From positions 24,182 to 88,181 of the IMG/VR virus record IMGVR_UViG_3300030118_004474: a DNA stretch of 64,000 bases. One strand, given 5' to 3'. A program made the translations under genes and the position numbers. The stretch comes from a virus. Position 1 is the stretch's first letter. Each line of letters starts with the position of its first letter. A model generated the notes under the pieces. The model did no database searches. It worked only from the letters and a program-made list of their open reading frames with translations, and had not been told where the DNA came from. Of this stretch, positions 18,835 to 28,887 are shown piece after piece.

Positions 18835-19050
18835 ATGAAGTGGATGGAATTTTTAAAGAAGTCCGATACTACAAGAGAGGATTGGAACTCCGCCATTAAG
18901 TCTTTTATTGATGAGGGTAAAAGATTAGGTGTCCCATTAGATATTATTTCCCTACTTAAAGAAGCGGGGGCCATGACTACATCTTCTTCGGATGCCCACG
19001 CTGTAATTAACCCCACTTTTGGAGATGATGAAGATGACGAAGACGAGTGA
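18835..19050 (+). CDS. Small protein with leader (MKWMEFLKK)
   Basis: TATAAA box and GGTG RBS upstream. Confidence 0.65.
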   Translation: MKWMEFLKKSDTTREDWNSAIKSFIDEGKRLGVPLDIISLLKEAGAMTTSSSDAHAVINPTFGDDEDDEDE

Positions 19051-20833
19051 ATTTTCTTGGAGACAGGAGGAAGCCCGTGCCTTAATGAATAAGTTTAGAG
19101 ATTTTTGGTCCCAAAATCCCGGCCAATATGGAATCACCGGAGGAACTGATGCGGGAAGTGGCGAAAGAAACGCAAGAAATCTTTACAATGCTATGGTAAA
19201 TCATGGCTCCGTTAGTAGAAAAACAGAAGGCGTTACTAACTTATTTTTTGGAGCAGGTGCAGTTTGGGAAGACTTAGAGGATTTAGTAGAAGATAACTTA
19301 ATTCTTGAGGATGAGGTAAAAGATTTTGACCGCCTACAAAAAAGATTAGACAGAATAGAAAACAGCGATAGGGACCCTAGAAATATTATTTTTAACACAG
19401 TTATCTCTTACGACAAAGAAAGCGGCGAGGCAGAACGTGGTAAAGTAAGAGGTCATTTTCTTACACAAGCCTACTGGGATTTTCGTCAAGCAAAAGCAAA
19501 AGATACTGGTAATCCTTACAACGTAGATAGACCCGACCCCGAATGGACCAATAAAGATAAGAATAAAGCAAAGCCTCCTCTTTGGAGAATTATTTTCGGT
19601 AGAAAAAATAGTTTAAGAACTCTAATTGATGATATTAAAAAACTCACGGGACCAACCCCGCCTCCGATTGCTCACTTGGATGTAAAAATCAATAGGGGAA
19701 AAATTGGTCAACTTGCTAATATAACAGAAGTCCAAGAGGCTGTCAGAAGTGTATTGCAAATGCCTTCTATTTACCCAGCAGGTAAAAGTCGCGCCCCTAT
19801 CAAATCAAAACTTAATGATGCTATGGCAGAACAAGTTATTTCCACTAATCCTGAAATTATGAGATTGGTTGGTCCCGACGCAACCGTGCTAGTAGAAAAC
19901 GAAGGAAGAATCATCAGAAGAGGTCTAGATGAGTTTCCTGATTATGAAAAAATTAATTCTATCACTTTAAATTTTCCAAGAAATAATATCATTCTAAACA
20001 GATTAATTCGTGAAGTTTTAGGTGATGATATTAAAGAATTTGAACGACCTAACCGAGTAGAGGATGGTCCAATAGGTTTAGTTCTAAAAGCCGACGAAGA
20101 GGAATTAATTCGTGAGGCAAGTTCTATTCTAAAAAACGTTAAATTTAATCTAAGGGATAGCGATAGAGCGGACGATAACTTTCCCAGTAATGACCCTGAT
20201 ATATTCGGATATACTCGTGAGGATGGAGAGGAAAAGATTAGAGTTAACTTAGATAATATTTTAATATCCTCTATTAGAGAAGAAACGTTAGAGGATTTTA
20301 ATATGTTTCTTAGACTCGTAAGAGGACAAGCACAACCCGGAGAGGCAAAACGTTTTGCAGATAATGTGGACGAAAGAGCCTACAATCAACTAATATCAAC
20401 CCTTAAACATGAATCTATTCACTTAGCCCAAATTTACGGAGAGCGAAATGAAGAAACAAAAGTGCGCCAACCTTACATAGACTTAGTACAAGCAGTATTA
20501 ATACAACCCCTAACGGACGATATAGAGGAGGAGGATATTACTCATCTATTAATGGAATACTTTAAAGGGTATGCTTACAATTTTATTTATATGGAATTAC
20601 CCGCTTATTGGGCCGAGGGAGATAAAACTTGGGGCGAGGCAAAAGAACACATCAAGTATGTTTTCACCCTTGAAGAAAAGTTTATGGAAACATTAAACAG
20701 ATTAAATAATCTATACGCTGAAGAATATAATGCTCCTAGATTTACACCGGACTTTTTAGATTCTCTTAAAGCAAGATTTGATATTCTCTTCTCGGAAATA
20801 GTTGACTCTTTGGGGGATAGTAATGCGTCGTAA
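19034..20833 (+). CDS. Large protein with C-terminal zincin-like metallopeptidase motif
   Basis: LKHESIHLAQ (HExxH) and downstream ELPAY; start uncertain (19019-19034). Confidence 0.65.
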   Translation: MTKTSEFSWRQEEARALMNKFRDFWSQNPGQYGITGGTDAGSGERNARNLYNAMVNHGSVSRKTEGVTNLFFGAGAVWEDLEDLVEDNLILEDEVKDFDRLQKRLDRIENSDRDPRNIIFNTVISYDKESGEAERGKVRGHFLTQAYWDFRQAKAKDTGNPYNVDRPDPEWTNKDKNKAKPPLWRIIFGRKNSLRTLIDDIKKLTGPTPPPIAHLDVKINRGKIGQLANITEVQEAVRSVLQMPSIYPAGKSRAPIKSKLNDAMAEQVISTNPEIMRLVGPDATVLVENEGRIIRRGLDEFPDYEKINSITLNFPRNNIILNRLIREVLGDDIKEFERPNRVEDGPIGLVLKADEEELIREASSILKNVKFNLRDSDRADDNFPSNDPDIFGYTREDGEEKIRVNLDNILISSIREETLEDFNMFLRLVRGQAQPGEAKRFADNVDERAYNQLISTLKHESIHLAQIYGERNEETKVRQPYIDLVQAVLIQPLTDDIEEEDITHLLMEYFKGYAYNFIYMELPAYWAEGDKTWGEAKEHIKYVFTLEEKFMETLNRLNNLYAEEYNAPRFTPDFLDSLKARFDILFSEIVDSLGDSNAS

Positions 20834-21488
20834 AGTTTTAAAAACCTGTCCTTTGTGTAGCCACCCTCAAAGAGATGAATTAGAAAAGGATATTTTGGAT
20901 GGAACAATTACCGCAGGGGAACTTGACCGTGAAGAAGATTGGAAAGCCGGGACTACTCGTAGGCATATGCAAGAACACTTGGGGGATTATTTAGATAATT
21001 CAAACGACTCTTGTACCTTTTGTGTGGCTCCGAACAGAAAAGACTTGGAGGCGGCTATCTTTGCAGGTTCAATGAAACCTAGCGAAGTTGCTGAATATTT
21101 GGGTAGCGGTGTTGACACAGTTAATTTACATATGAAAAAACACCTAAAACCACTAGTGCAAAAAGCGGCCTCTTTAGAATTGGCTAAAGTTGAAATTGAT
21201 GAAATTAATATGCTAAGTAGTAATATTCAAATGCTTCAAGGAAAAGTTCAAGAATTTATTTTTGACAATGATGATTTAGACCATCGCACAATTGACTCGT
21301 TGGTTAAATTAAGTAAAGAAATCCGAGAGTCACTAAAATACGCATTAGAGTTCAAAGGACAATTAGTTCACAAGCGGGAGGAAACTGTCGTCGTGCAACA
21401 AATTGAAGTTATCCAAAAGGTTTTAATAGAACGTTATCCACAGGTATGGAATGAGATACGAGATTCAATAGCGGAGAAATTAGCATGA
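20823..21488 (+). CDS. Tandem Zn-finger/HTH protein, candidate terminase small subunit
   Basis: Two repeats of CxxC...R..LE...G...H(M)xxHL followed by a coiled coil; upstream of the terminase large subunit. Confidence 0.5.
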   Translation: MRRKVLKTCPLCSHPQRDELEKDILDGTITAGELDREEDWKAGTTRRHMQEHLGDYLDNSNDSCTFCVAPNRKDLEAAIFAGSMKPSEVAEYLGSGVDTVNLHMKKHLKPLVQKAASLELAKVEIDEINMLSSNIQMLQGKVQEFIFDNDDLDHRTIDSLVKLSKEIRESLKYALEFKGQLVHKREETVVVQQIEVIQKVLIERYPQVWNEIRDSIAEKLA

Positions 21489-21670
21489 AATGGAAAGAAG
21501 AAATTAAAAAACAAGACGCTAAGTTGGCTTTAGAAAGTTTATTGCGTGAAATAAATAGAGATATGCAAGCATTAGAACCGATTCCCGAAAAACAATTTAC
21601 GGCAGACATTATGAGAGTTAAAACTTCAAGTTATAAAGAACAAGTGGAAAGAATTTTACAAATGATGTGA
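21485..21670 (+). CDS. Small protein with leader (MKWKEEIKK)
   Basis: Coupled ORF. Confidence 0.6.
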   Translation: MKWKEEIKKQDAKLALESLLREINRDMQALEPIPEKQFTADIMRVKTSSYKEQVERILQMM

Positions 21671-21684
21671 TAGGTAAGATTAGC

Positions 21685-21900
21685 ATGAGTTGGGAAACAA
21701 TTCTAAAAATTGACTGGCGAGAAATTGTTGACGAGTTAATGCAACCGGACAATGTTCTTTTTGACTCACTATACATGGAACTCGCTCAAAGGTTAGGGTT
21801 TAAGGCTCCCTCTAAGGACGAGGTAATTGATTACCTAGAGGATAACTACTCAAGGCATAAAATTTGGAATAATTTATATAGTATTAGTGAGGATGAATAA
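21685..21900 (+). CDS. Small wHTH-like protein with leader (MSWETILK)
   Basis: Start at the leader Met. Confidence 0.65.
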   Translation: MSWETILKIDWREIVDELMQPDNVLFDSLYMELAQRLGFKAPSKDEVIDYLEDNYSRHKIWNNLYSISEDE

Positions 21901-22007
21901 TTAATGACGAGATGTGTTCTTTTGGACCAATGGTTTGATGCTGAGTCGGAAAAAATTGATGAGAAAGAATCTAAAACAAAGAAATGTTTTGTAACGGGGG
22001 AAAGTAA

Positions 22008-22259
22008 ATGACGTGGGAAGATATTGTTAAGAAAAGAGACATGACCGGAGGCATGAACTCTATCGTTGACTTTATCGCTAGGTTAAAAGAAATTGCCACC
22101 GAAATGGAAGAAATTGCCAAGGAATCATTTTCAGAAGATGCGCCGATAGTTTCATTTAATATACCGGATGCAAAGGACCTATTAGATGACTACAAAAAAT
22201 TCTCAAAAAGCGTAGAAGTATTGTTCCAAAAAATGATAGAGCAGGGGGAGAGAGCATGA
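22008..22259 (+). CDS. Small protein with leader (MTWEDIVKK)
   Basis: GGGG RBS; coupled. Confidence 0.65.
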   Translation: MTWEDIVKKRDMTGGMNSIVDFIARLKEIATEMEEIAKESFSEDAPIVSFNIPDAKDLLDDYKKFSKSVEVLFQKMIEQGERA

Positions 22260-22612
22260 CAAGATGGTGGGACGTTGTTAAACTTCGCATGGGTCATTTA
22301 GAATATCTTATAAGGCAATTTACCTCCTTTCACAATACTTCATTAGCGAGAAATTATATTTCTAAAAAAGACAAGTCTCTAGCAGAACAACTTTTTCAAA
22401 AAATAATCAACATGTTAAATGACCCTAATTTATTTGATAAACTAGATGGTCGGGGAAACCCATTAGCAGACCCCATGAATTCTTATTACTCTTTACTAGT
22501 CGCTTCACCACAAATGCACCATAAGGACTTCGGGCATCTATATGAAGCCATTTTTGACCAATTAGAAGAAATGCGCCGCCTACAATTAGAAGGGGGCGGC
22601 GTAAGTGTTTAA
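22256..22612 (+). CDS. Protein with leader (MTRWWDVVK)
   Basis: Coupled ORF. Confidence 0.65.
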   Translation: MTRWWDVVKLRMGHLEYLIRQFTSFHNTSLARNYISKKDKSLAEQLFQKIINMLNDPNLFDKLDGRGNPLADPMNSYYSLLVASPQMHHKDFGHLYEAIFDQLEEMRRLQLEGGGVSV

Positions 22613-23372
22613 TTGGTTTGATGTTCTAAAAATTAAAACCCCCGAAGGGGAAATGATGGTTGTTAACAGCATTACTGAATACCATAATAAACTTAGAGAA
22701 GAACTTAGACCAATTGTTCTTGAGGAACTACGTTTAACTAGCGAAAGAGATACAGAAAAAACGAAAATTAATATCAAACCATATCGTATAGTAGACGGTG
22801 TTCGTTATAATGCTTCTTGGAGAGATAAAAATAGTGAAAATACCCACTCAATAGATATTAGGTATAGGGGTAGCGGAAATGAAAATGAACCCCATGAAAT
22901 CATATCTATTACTTCGGATAATTTGGGTCCTGCCCTACAAATGGGGACAAACTATGAAGCCACCAATTCTTACGATTTACTTTTAGAAGTTACAGATAAA
23001 ATAGAAGATTTTTATGAACAGAAATTTAGAACAGAAACTCTTGGTGTTCCTTCTGTTGAAGAGGATGAGGATAGAGTTTCAACAGAAGAATTTAATAGAA
23101 AATTAGAGGAGGCTAATCCCGGCTTTAAATTTATTGAAGGAAAACTAAGGGACTTAGGGGATATGGGAAGGCTTGCCAATATGAAGGGAATTACTCTTGA
23201 TGCTTTACTAAGTAGATATAATCTAACACCTAGAGACTTTTTAGATAATATGACCGCTAGAGAAATTCCTCCACAAAATCAACCAACTAGAAGAGAAAAT
23301 TTAAATGTTAGACCTCCGATGAGGAGAGCACCTCCAATTAGAGGAAGAAGAGGAAGAAGAGAAGAACAATAA
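22605..23372 (+). CDS. Protein with leader (MFNWFDVLK) and Arg-rich tail
   Basis: GTG start; RRGRREEQ end. Confidence 0.7.
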   Translation: MFNWFDVLKIKTPEGEMMVVNSITEYHNKLREELRPIVLEELRLTSERDTEKTKINIKPYRIVDGVRYNASWRDKNSENTHSIDIRYRGSGNENEPHEIISITSDNLGPALQMGTNYEATNSYDLLLEVTDKIEDFYEQKFRTETLGVPSVEEDEDRVSTEEFNRKLEEANPGFKFIEGKLRDLGDMGRLANMKGITLDALLSRYNLTPRDFLDNMTAREIPPQNQPTRRENLNVRPPMRRAPPIRGRRGRREEQ

Positions 23373-23419
23373 AAAGTATTATATACGAGATTCCTCTTAG
23401 CACCCAATAAGGTGATTTT

Positions 23420-23596
23420 ATGTCTATTGAAAATAAAATTGAAAGTGTCGCAGAAGAAGCAGAAGATTTGGTGGAACTTGCGGAAGACTTGGGTTTAATT
23501 AGTGAAGAAGATGAAGCAAAATATAAAGCAATTCTAAAGAAGGCTCTACCAGCCCTATTAGTGGTAGTTCCACTATTCGTTGTTCTTCTTCAATGA
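23420..23596 (+). CDS. Small protein with C-terminal transmembrane segment (58 aa)
   Basis: Read manually: MSIENKIESV...KKALPALLVVVPLFVVLLQ; AGGTGA RBS and TTATATA box upstream. Confidence 0.65.
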   Translation: MSIENKIESVAEEAEDLVELAEDLGLISEEDEAKYKAILKKALPALLVVVPLFVVLLQ

Positions 23597-25107
23597 TTAA
23601 CATGTCTGTTAGGAGAGCCATACGCAGGGCGTTAAATAATGCCAATAGGCGTAGAGATTATTCTATTGAATTTAGTGAAATAACACCATCCATAATGGAG
23701 GAACTATCCTCAATTGTTTCGGGAGGTAGGGAAAATTTATTATCTTATGCTGATGATTTTTTAGAAAGACTAAGAGAATCTGATAGAGCCGGAGTAGTTG
23801 ATAACATACTTACACAACTCAAAAAAATATTAGATAATGCCTTAGTGATACAACTTGGTAATTTAGGTGTTGAGGGACCAACAAATAACCCCACTAAAAG
23901 AATGAAGGATATTTACACAATGGGTGAACAACCTATCAATGATTGGTTCTCTACCAATAAACAAGACCTTTACGATAAATTCATTAATGGTGATTTTAGA
24001 CCACTATACAACACATACACATTTTTTAAAAATCAAGGTTTATCACAAGACTACCAAAATATCATATCAGAGGTGCAAACTAACGCTAAAGTTGATGAAA
24101 CCTTACCGCTACTAAACGAAACCGACAGAATGAATATAGCCCCTACAAGTTCTGACCCCGAAATTATAACAATTTTTAAAGAAATTGAGACATCAAGATT
24201 AAAGGAATTAGCAGACATTTTGGGTTTTATTCCTGAATCTAAGACCCCTCTTCCTATTATTGAAATGAATGCTTTTGAAATTAGAAGTGGTATCGTATCG
24301 CAAGAGGACAATTTAAAAAATCTGTTAACTTTGTTTTTTTCCGCCAATAAACAAACAAATTCAACTAGTAATTTTTTCACCCAATTAGAAAATGTTTCGT
24401 TGCTAGCCTTTACTTCTTTCATCAGAAGATTATTCACTAATACTATAAGGGACGGTATCACCTTTTTAAATCTTTACGCTAATTTAGTTTCACGCCGAGG
24501 TGATGTAGATTTCCCAGCATCAGAAAAATTTAGGCTAGGAACCGGAGATTTAATTTCGGAAACAAAAATGTATAGGGACTTATATGACTACTTAAAGCCC
24601 GAACTACCTTATGAAGAATGGGTTAGAGGAAAAGATACGGTAGCCTTTGGCAATCAATTAGAGGCCTTTATGAAAAGAAGAACAGAAAGCCCCCGTATTA
24701 AAAGGGTTAGGAGAAGCGTAGGGAATTTGGAACTTCTGTCATATTATGGAGGCAGTAGTAGAAGAAATACTCCCCTACAAGGAAACTTTGAGGTTGGAAT
24801 TTTACCCGAAGATATTATGTCGTCTCTATTAGGTTTTATTCAGATATTTGATAATGGGTATAACTTCAATGATATACCGCCCTTTAGGAGAATAGAGTCA
24901 GCAAACTACGAAGCGGTAGAACAAACATTAAATCAAAAATTAACCGAAGCAATCAAAATAGTTCGTAGGGGTATATTACAAGAGTTTAATTCAATGTTAG
25001 AAATTATAGTGAGTAGAAGAGAACTTTCCTTCAAGTCAATAAAGGGAGTGTCAGCACTAAGATTTTTAGATAATTTAGATTTATTGGAGGACGAGTTAGA
25101 TGTATGA
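23593..25107 (+). CDS. Hypothetical protein, putative virion-associated
   Basis: 504 aa ORF in the late block. Confidence 0.75.
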   Translation: MINMSVRRAIRRALNNANRRRDYSIEFSEITPSIMEELSSIVSGGRENLLSYADDFLERLRESDRAGVVDNILTQLKKILDNALVIQLGNLGVEGPTNNPTKRMKDIYTMGEQPINDWFSTNKQDLYDKFINGDFRPLYNTYTFFKNQGLSQDYQNIISEVQTNAKVDETLPLLNETDRMNIAPTSSDPEIITIFKEIETSRLKELADILGFIPESKTPLPIIEMNAFEIRSGIVSQEDNLKNLLTLFFSANKQTNSTSNFFTQLENVSLLAFTSFIRRLFTNTIRDGITFLNLYANLVSRRGDVDFPASEKFRLGTGDLISETKMYRDLYDYLKPELPYEEWVRGKDTVAFGNQLEAFMKRRTESPRIKRVRRSVGNLELLSYYGGSSRRNTPLQGNFEVGILPEDIMSSLLGFIQIFDNGYNFNDIPPFRRIESANYEAVEQTLNQKLTEAIKIVRRGILQEFNSMLEIIVSRRELSFKSIKGVSALRFLDNLDLLEDELDV

Positions 25108-27553
25108 AGAATATCCCAGCGAAGAAGAAAGTAGATTAATTAACTATGGTGAAGGAGACACAGAACAACTTGACGGAGATGATTTAAGGATAGAAGTCAA
25201 TAACTTAAATAATAATTTAATAGAAATTGATGAAGAGGGTCCTTTTAACACAGTTGCTTATTATAATTTTGTAGGTAATCTATTACATGGTATAGAATTC
25301 GTAGAACTGCCTAATTTTCCACGAAGGGCCTCTCTTGATAATTTTTATGAAAGAGGACAAATGATTCATAACCTAGCGTATTCTTCCCATGAAATAAATG
25401 AAATGAGAGCAGACTTTACCATCAATAGAGAACTTGCCGAAGAACTTTCATCAGTTAATGAGGCGGTAGCGGCCCTTATACAAAACGTAATGGCTTACAT
25501 CGGGGATGATGAAGACGAGCAAATAACTGAAAGAAGCGAATTTAGAAAATTAGCAGAAGCCATTACGATAAGAGATATTCAATCCCTACGGGGTAAGAAC
25601 GAAATTTACGACTACTGGCAAAACTATTATGATAAATTTCAAGCAATCATGGGGTTAAGCCTACCAGTTGTTTTAACACCTAGTCAGGCTAAAGACTTTG
25701 AAAGTGCTTTTGAGAGAATAAAAATTCCGTGCATTGTATTACAGCATACTGATGCTGAGTTTGAACAAGCGTCGGGAAGATTCGGCCTACTACAAATGGC
25801 TAATGAAATTTTGTTTAATAGGCTGGGAATGGTTCCTAGCAAAGAATATGAGGAAGTTTTTGGTTCTTCTGTTGAATTTACACAAAGGATTCAAAGGGAC
25901 GATTTTGGACAAGAAACCGGAAGGGTCGGTGAAATGGAAGTAAGTGAAAAAGAAAACGCTGATAATATAGAAATGGTAAAAAATTCCTTAGACCCATTGA
26001 CTTATCTTAACTTATTAGAGAAAAAAATTCTTTTCTTACCACAGGATAGCGAAACCACTACCGAGTTAAAAAATAAAATTAATCAATATTTACCCGAAGA
26101 ACTTAGCGGTTTAAATCCTAGAGCCATTGGGTATTTATCCGATGTCGTATCTGAAGCAGTAGATGATTATGTCTCACTAGTTGATAAGAGAGATAGATAT
26201 TACCTACCAATGTTAGATAGCCACACTTCGGAAATGTCTTCGGTTCCAATTACTAAAGGTTTTACTATTGCTTATTATACGGTACAACTAAAAAGCACCT
26301 CTAATGAAACAGAAAATATACGAGATGAACCTATTACAATGGACCCAAACGTTAGAGAAGCGTTATATGGTGAAACTCCTGTTGAAGAAATTGAAAATCC
26401 AACTCATACAATATCTTTAAAGTTGGAACAAAATCCAATCGGTGGGACATATAGTGCGCTTATGGACTATCTAAACGAAGAAATAATAAAAATGTTTTCT
26501 GCCATAAATAGTGTTATGGTGGAGGGCAAAAAGACTAAATTTGTGTCAAATATAGGTGAAAGAACAGGAAAGCCGATGACTGGTAGTGGGCAGTCCGCCG
26601 CTATCGGAGCAAAATATCCTAGTATTGCGGGTTCTTTAGCAACGCTTTCAACAAATAATTTTGCTCCTCTATTAGATTTTATTTATTCTCAATACATCAG
26701 CGATATAGATTATAGGTATTTATTTAATAGAGATTATCCCGAATATTTTAGAAGCGGTGTGTTTGTTTCATTTAAATCGGCCTATGACGCATCAAGAAAA
26801 AAGAAAGGAACCGCTATTTCTCAACAGGTAGCAAAGTTCCCGACTACTGCTATTGATGAAGAAGATTTAAAACAGTTAGAGCGTTTAGTAACGCTTTTAA
26901 GAAGAGGTGCAACTTCTACCATTACAAGTCTTATTGAGGCGGCTGAAAATACCGTACAGATATTTTTAATGTTAAATCTTTCTGTCGGACAGAGTAGGGC
27001 CGATAGAACAAAAATTCAAAGAGAAATTACTAATTCTTTAGGTAGAGTAATTTTTGAGTATGCTTCAAGGAGAAACGAAGAAAGACTTTCAAATAATGTA
27101 TTTGCTGGCAAACAAATACAAGAATATGCTGGTATGGAAGTTAATGCTAAATACCTAAATATTATTGATGAGTTAGAAAGTGCAGACTTTATGGAAACAC
27201 TATCCCCCGATGAAAGAAGTATCGTTGGAAGAGTAAAGCAAAAACTTACAGGTAATTTTTGGAGAGAAATTTTAGGTGATGAAGATTCTGATATTGAGAA
27301 TTCATTACTAAAAGCAGTAGACATAATGAGAGGAAATAATGGTTTATTTGTATATAAGGCATTTATGGACATGACAAACGTTGAAGAAGTTTCAATAGTT
27401 TCTGATTTAATTAGAAAAGAGGATAGGGTAGATTTGTATGCTCAAGACATGGAGACTATTCTAAAATCACCCAATAAGACATTTGCCGAATTGTCTGTTC
27501 AATTAGGAGTCAGTAGAGAAGTTATTTACAAGATTAGGGGGCTATTTCGTTGA
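25100..27553 (+). CDS. Large hypothetical protein, putative virion-associated, with C-terminal HTH-like segment
   Basis: 817 aa; ends FAELSVQLGVSREVIYKIRGLFR. Confidence 0.75.
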   Translation: MYEEYPSEEESRLINYGEGDTEQLDGDDLRIEVNNLNNNLIEIDEEGPFNTVAYYNFVGNLLHGIEFVELPNFPRRASLDNFYERGQMIHNLAYSSHEINEMRADFTINRELAEELSSVNEAVAALIQNVMAYIGDDEDEQITERSEFRKLAEAITIRDIQSLRGKNEIYDYWQNYYDKFQAIMGLSLPVVLTPSQAKDFESAFERIKIPCIVLQHTDAEFEQASGRFGLLQMANEILFNRLGMVPSKEYEEVFGSSVEFTQRIQRDDFGQETGRVGEMEVSEKENADNIEMVKNSLDPLTYLNLLEKKILFLPQDSETTTELKNKINQYLPEELSGLNPRAIGYLSDVVSEAVDDYVSLVDKRDRYYLPMLDSHTSEMSSVPITKGFTIAYYTVQLKSTSNETENIRDEPITMDPNVREALYGETPVEEIENPTHTISLKLEQNPIGGTYSALMDYLNEEIIKMFSAINSVMVEGKKTKFVSNIGERTGKPMTGSGQSAAIGAKYPSIAGSLATLSTNNFAPLLDFIYSQYISDIDYRYLFNRDYPEYFRSGVFVSFKSAYDASRKKKGTAISQQVAKFPTTAIDEEDLKQLERLVTLLRRGATSTITSLIEAAENTVQIFLMLNLSVGQSRADRTKIQREITNSLGRVIFEYASRRNEERLSNNVFAGKQIQEYAGMEVNAKYLNIIDELESADFMETLSPDERSIVGRVKQKLTGNFWREILGDEDSDIENSLLKAVDIMRGNNGLFVYKAFMDMTNVEEVSIVSDLIRKEDRVDLYAQDMETILKSPNKTFAELSVQLGVSREVIYKIRGLFR

Positions 27554-28887
27554 AGAAGGATTTGGGGTATGGAGCACCGGGAACTTATCTTCCTATCATA
27601 ACTGATGAGGAAGGAAAACCAGCCAATACTCCGGATGTATATATTGATGATAAAATCTATTCTGAAAAAGAAATGGTTGCTTTATTTAGAAAAGTTAACC
27701 CATATCGTAAAACTAGAGAAGAGATGGATTTTTTTCCTCCCCTAACGAGACAAAATGCTGATGGTTATTTTATTGCCTTTGACCGTGTAAATACCTTGGG
27801 TGGTTCACCCCTACCTGTTGGACGTGCTGGGTGGAAATATCTTGATGAGCATAAATTATTCCTCACTACGGGAATAAAAACAATTGACATGTATAGGGGT
27901 CTAGGTGTGGCTAAAATGCTGTGGGCAAAAAGGGATAGTGCTATATTTGGTACTAATCCAGCAATCGGTATGGCTAGTAATTTTTCTTCGGGCTGGCTCA
28001 ATTATATTAAATCACAAGGTTGGACCGTTGACCCTCCGGTGGAGTCCTTACCGGCAAGTATTCAAGACGAGGTTATAAATACACTACAAGGGGACAAACC
28101 TCGCCGGTTAATTAGTAAGAATATTGATATGGCTATGAAAAAGGCTTGGGAAATTTTAAAGGTTGATACTCGTCCCGACATTCGTAATGAAGCGCAATAC
28201 AATGCGGCTTCCTTAGATGAAAGAAGGCGTTGGCATAACCGACAAAGAGAGGCATATAATACAAGGTTAAAAGCCCTTAGAACTCAACACACAGTAGATT
28301 TAACCGATACAGAAAACCCAGTTTATCAAGAAATGAAATATTATCAAGATATGAGAAACTTTCACGGTAGGCAACAAAGAAGAATAGCAAGGTGTCTTGG
28401 GTTAGGAAAAACAGAATGTAATGACTATTATTCCCTAGAGTTAGAAGGAGAAAATAGACGAACGCAAAAATATAAAACTACTCCTACGGGTAAATTAGAC
28501 CCTTATGTTGAAATATCATTGGAAGCCTATAATAATCTAACAGATAAGCAAAAAATAAATTATCATATGGGTATGATGAGGCAGGGAATAGATAAAACAT
28601 TTCACAATAGAATGTTTCATAGGATTCAACGCAAGTATAAACCACCAACATTCCCTTCTCCTAAATACGGCGGCGAATCTAGTGAGGGTTTAGAATACAC
28701 AAAGGAAGAATACGATAATATGGATGATAAAAACAAAAGGGAATATCATGGTCGTATGGCATCAAGAGCAAAAAGAGATAATAATGACGAACTACGCCGA
28801 TTTCATGATAGAATGCGTTATAGACTTAGAATGAATATACCCCTCCCTAATTATTATTCACCCGAAGACGAACAGGAGGAAGAATAA
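27550..28887 (+). CDS. GNAT-like N-terminal domain, internal W-leader-like site and His-repeat C-terminal region
   Basis: YRGLGVAKML acetyl-CoA-binding motif; internal MKKAWEILK; three Y...H...FHxR repeats. Confidence 0.65.
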   Translation: MKKDLGYGAPGTYLPIITDEEGKPANTPDVYIDDKIYSEKEMVALFRKVNPYRKTREEMDFFPPLTRQNADGYFIAFDRVNTLGGSPLPVGRAGWKYLDEHKLFLTTGIKTIDMYRGLGVAKMLWAKRDSAIFGTNPAIGMASNFSSGWLNYIKSQGWTVDPPVESLPASIQDEVINTLQGDKPRRLISKNIDMAMKKAWEILKVDTRPDIRNEAQYNAASLDERRRWHNRQREAYNTRLKALRTQHTVDLTDTENPVYQEMKYYQDMRNFHGRQQRRIARCLGLGKTECNDYYSLELEGENRRTQKYKTTPTGKLDPYVEISLEAYNNLTDKQKINYHMGMMRQGIDKTFHNRMFHRIQRKYKPPTFPSPKYGGESSEGLEYTKEEYDNMDDKNKREYHGRMASRAKRDNNDELRRFHDRMRYRLRMNIPLPNYYSPEDEQEEE

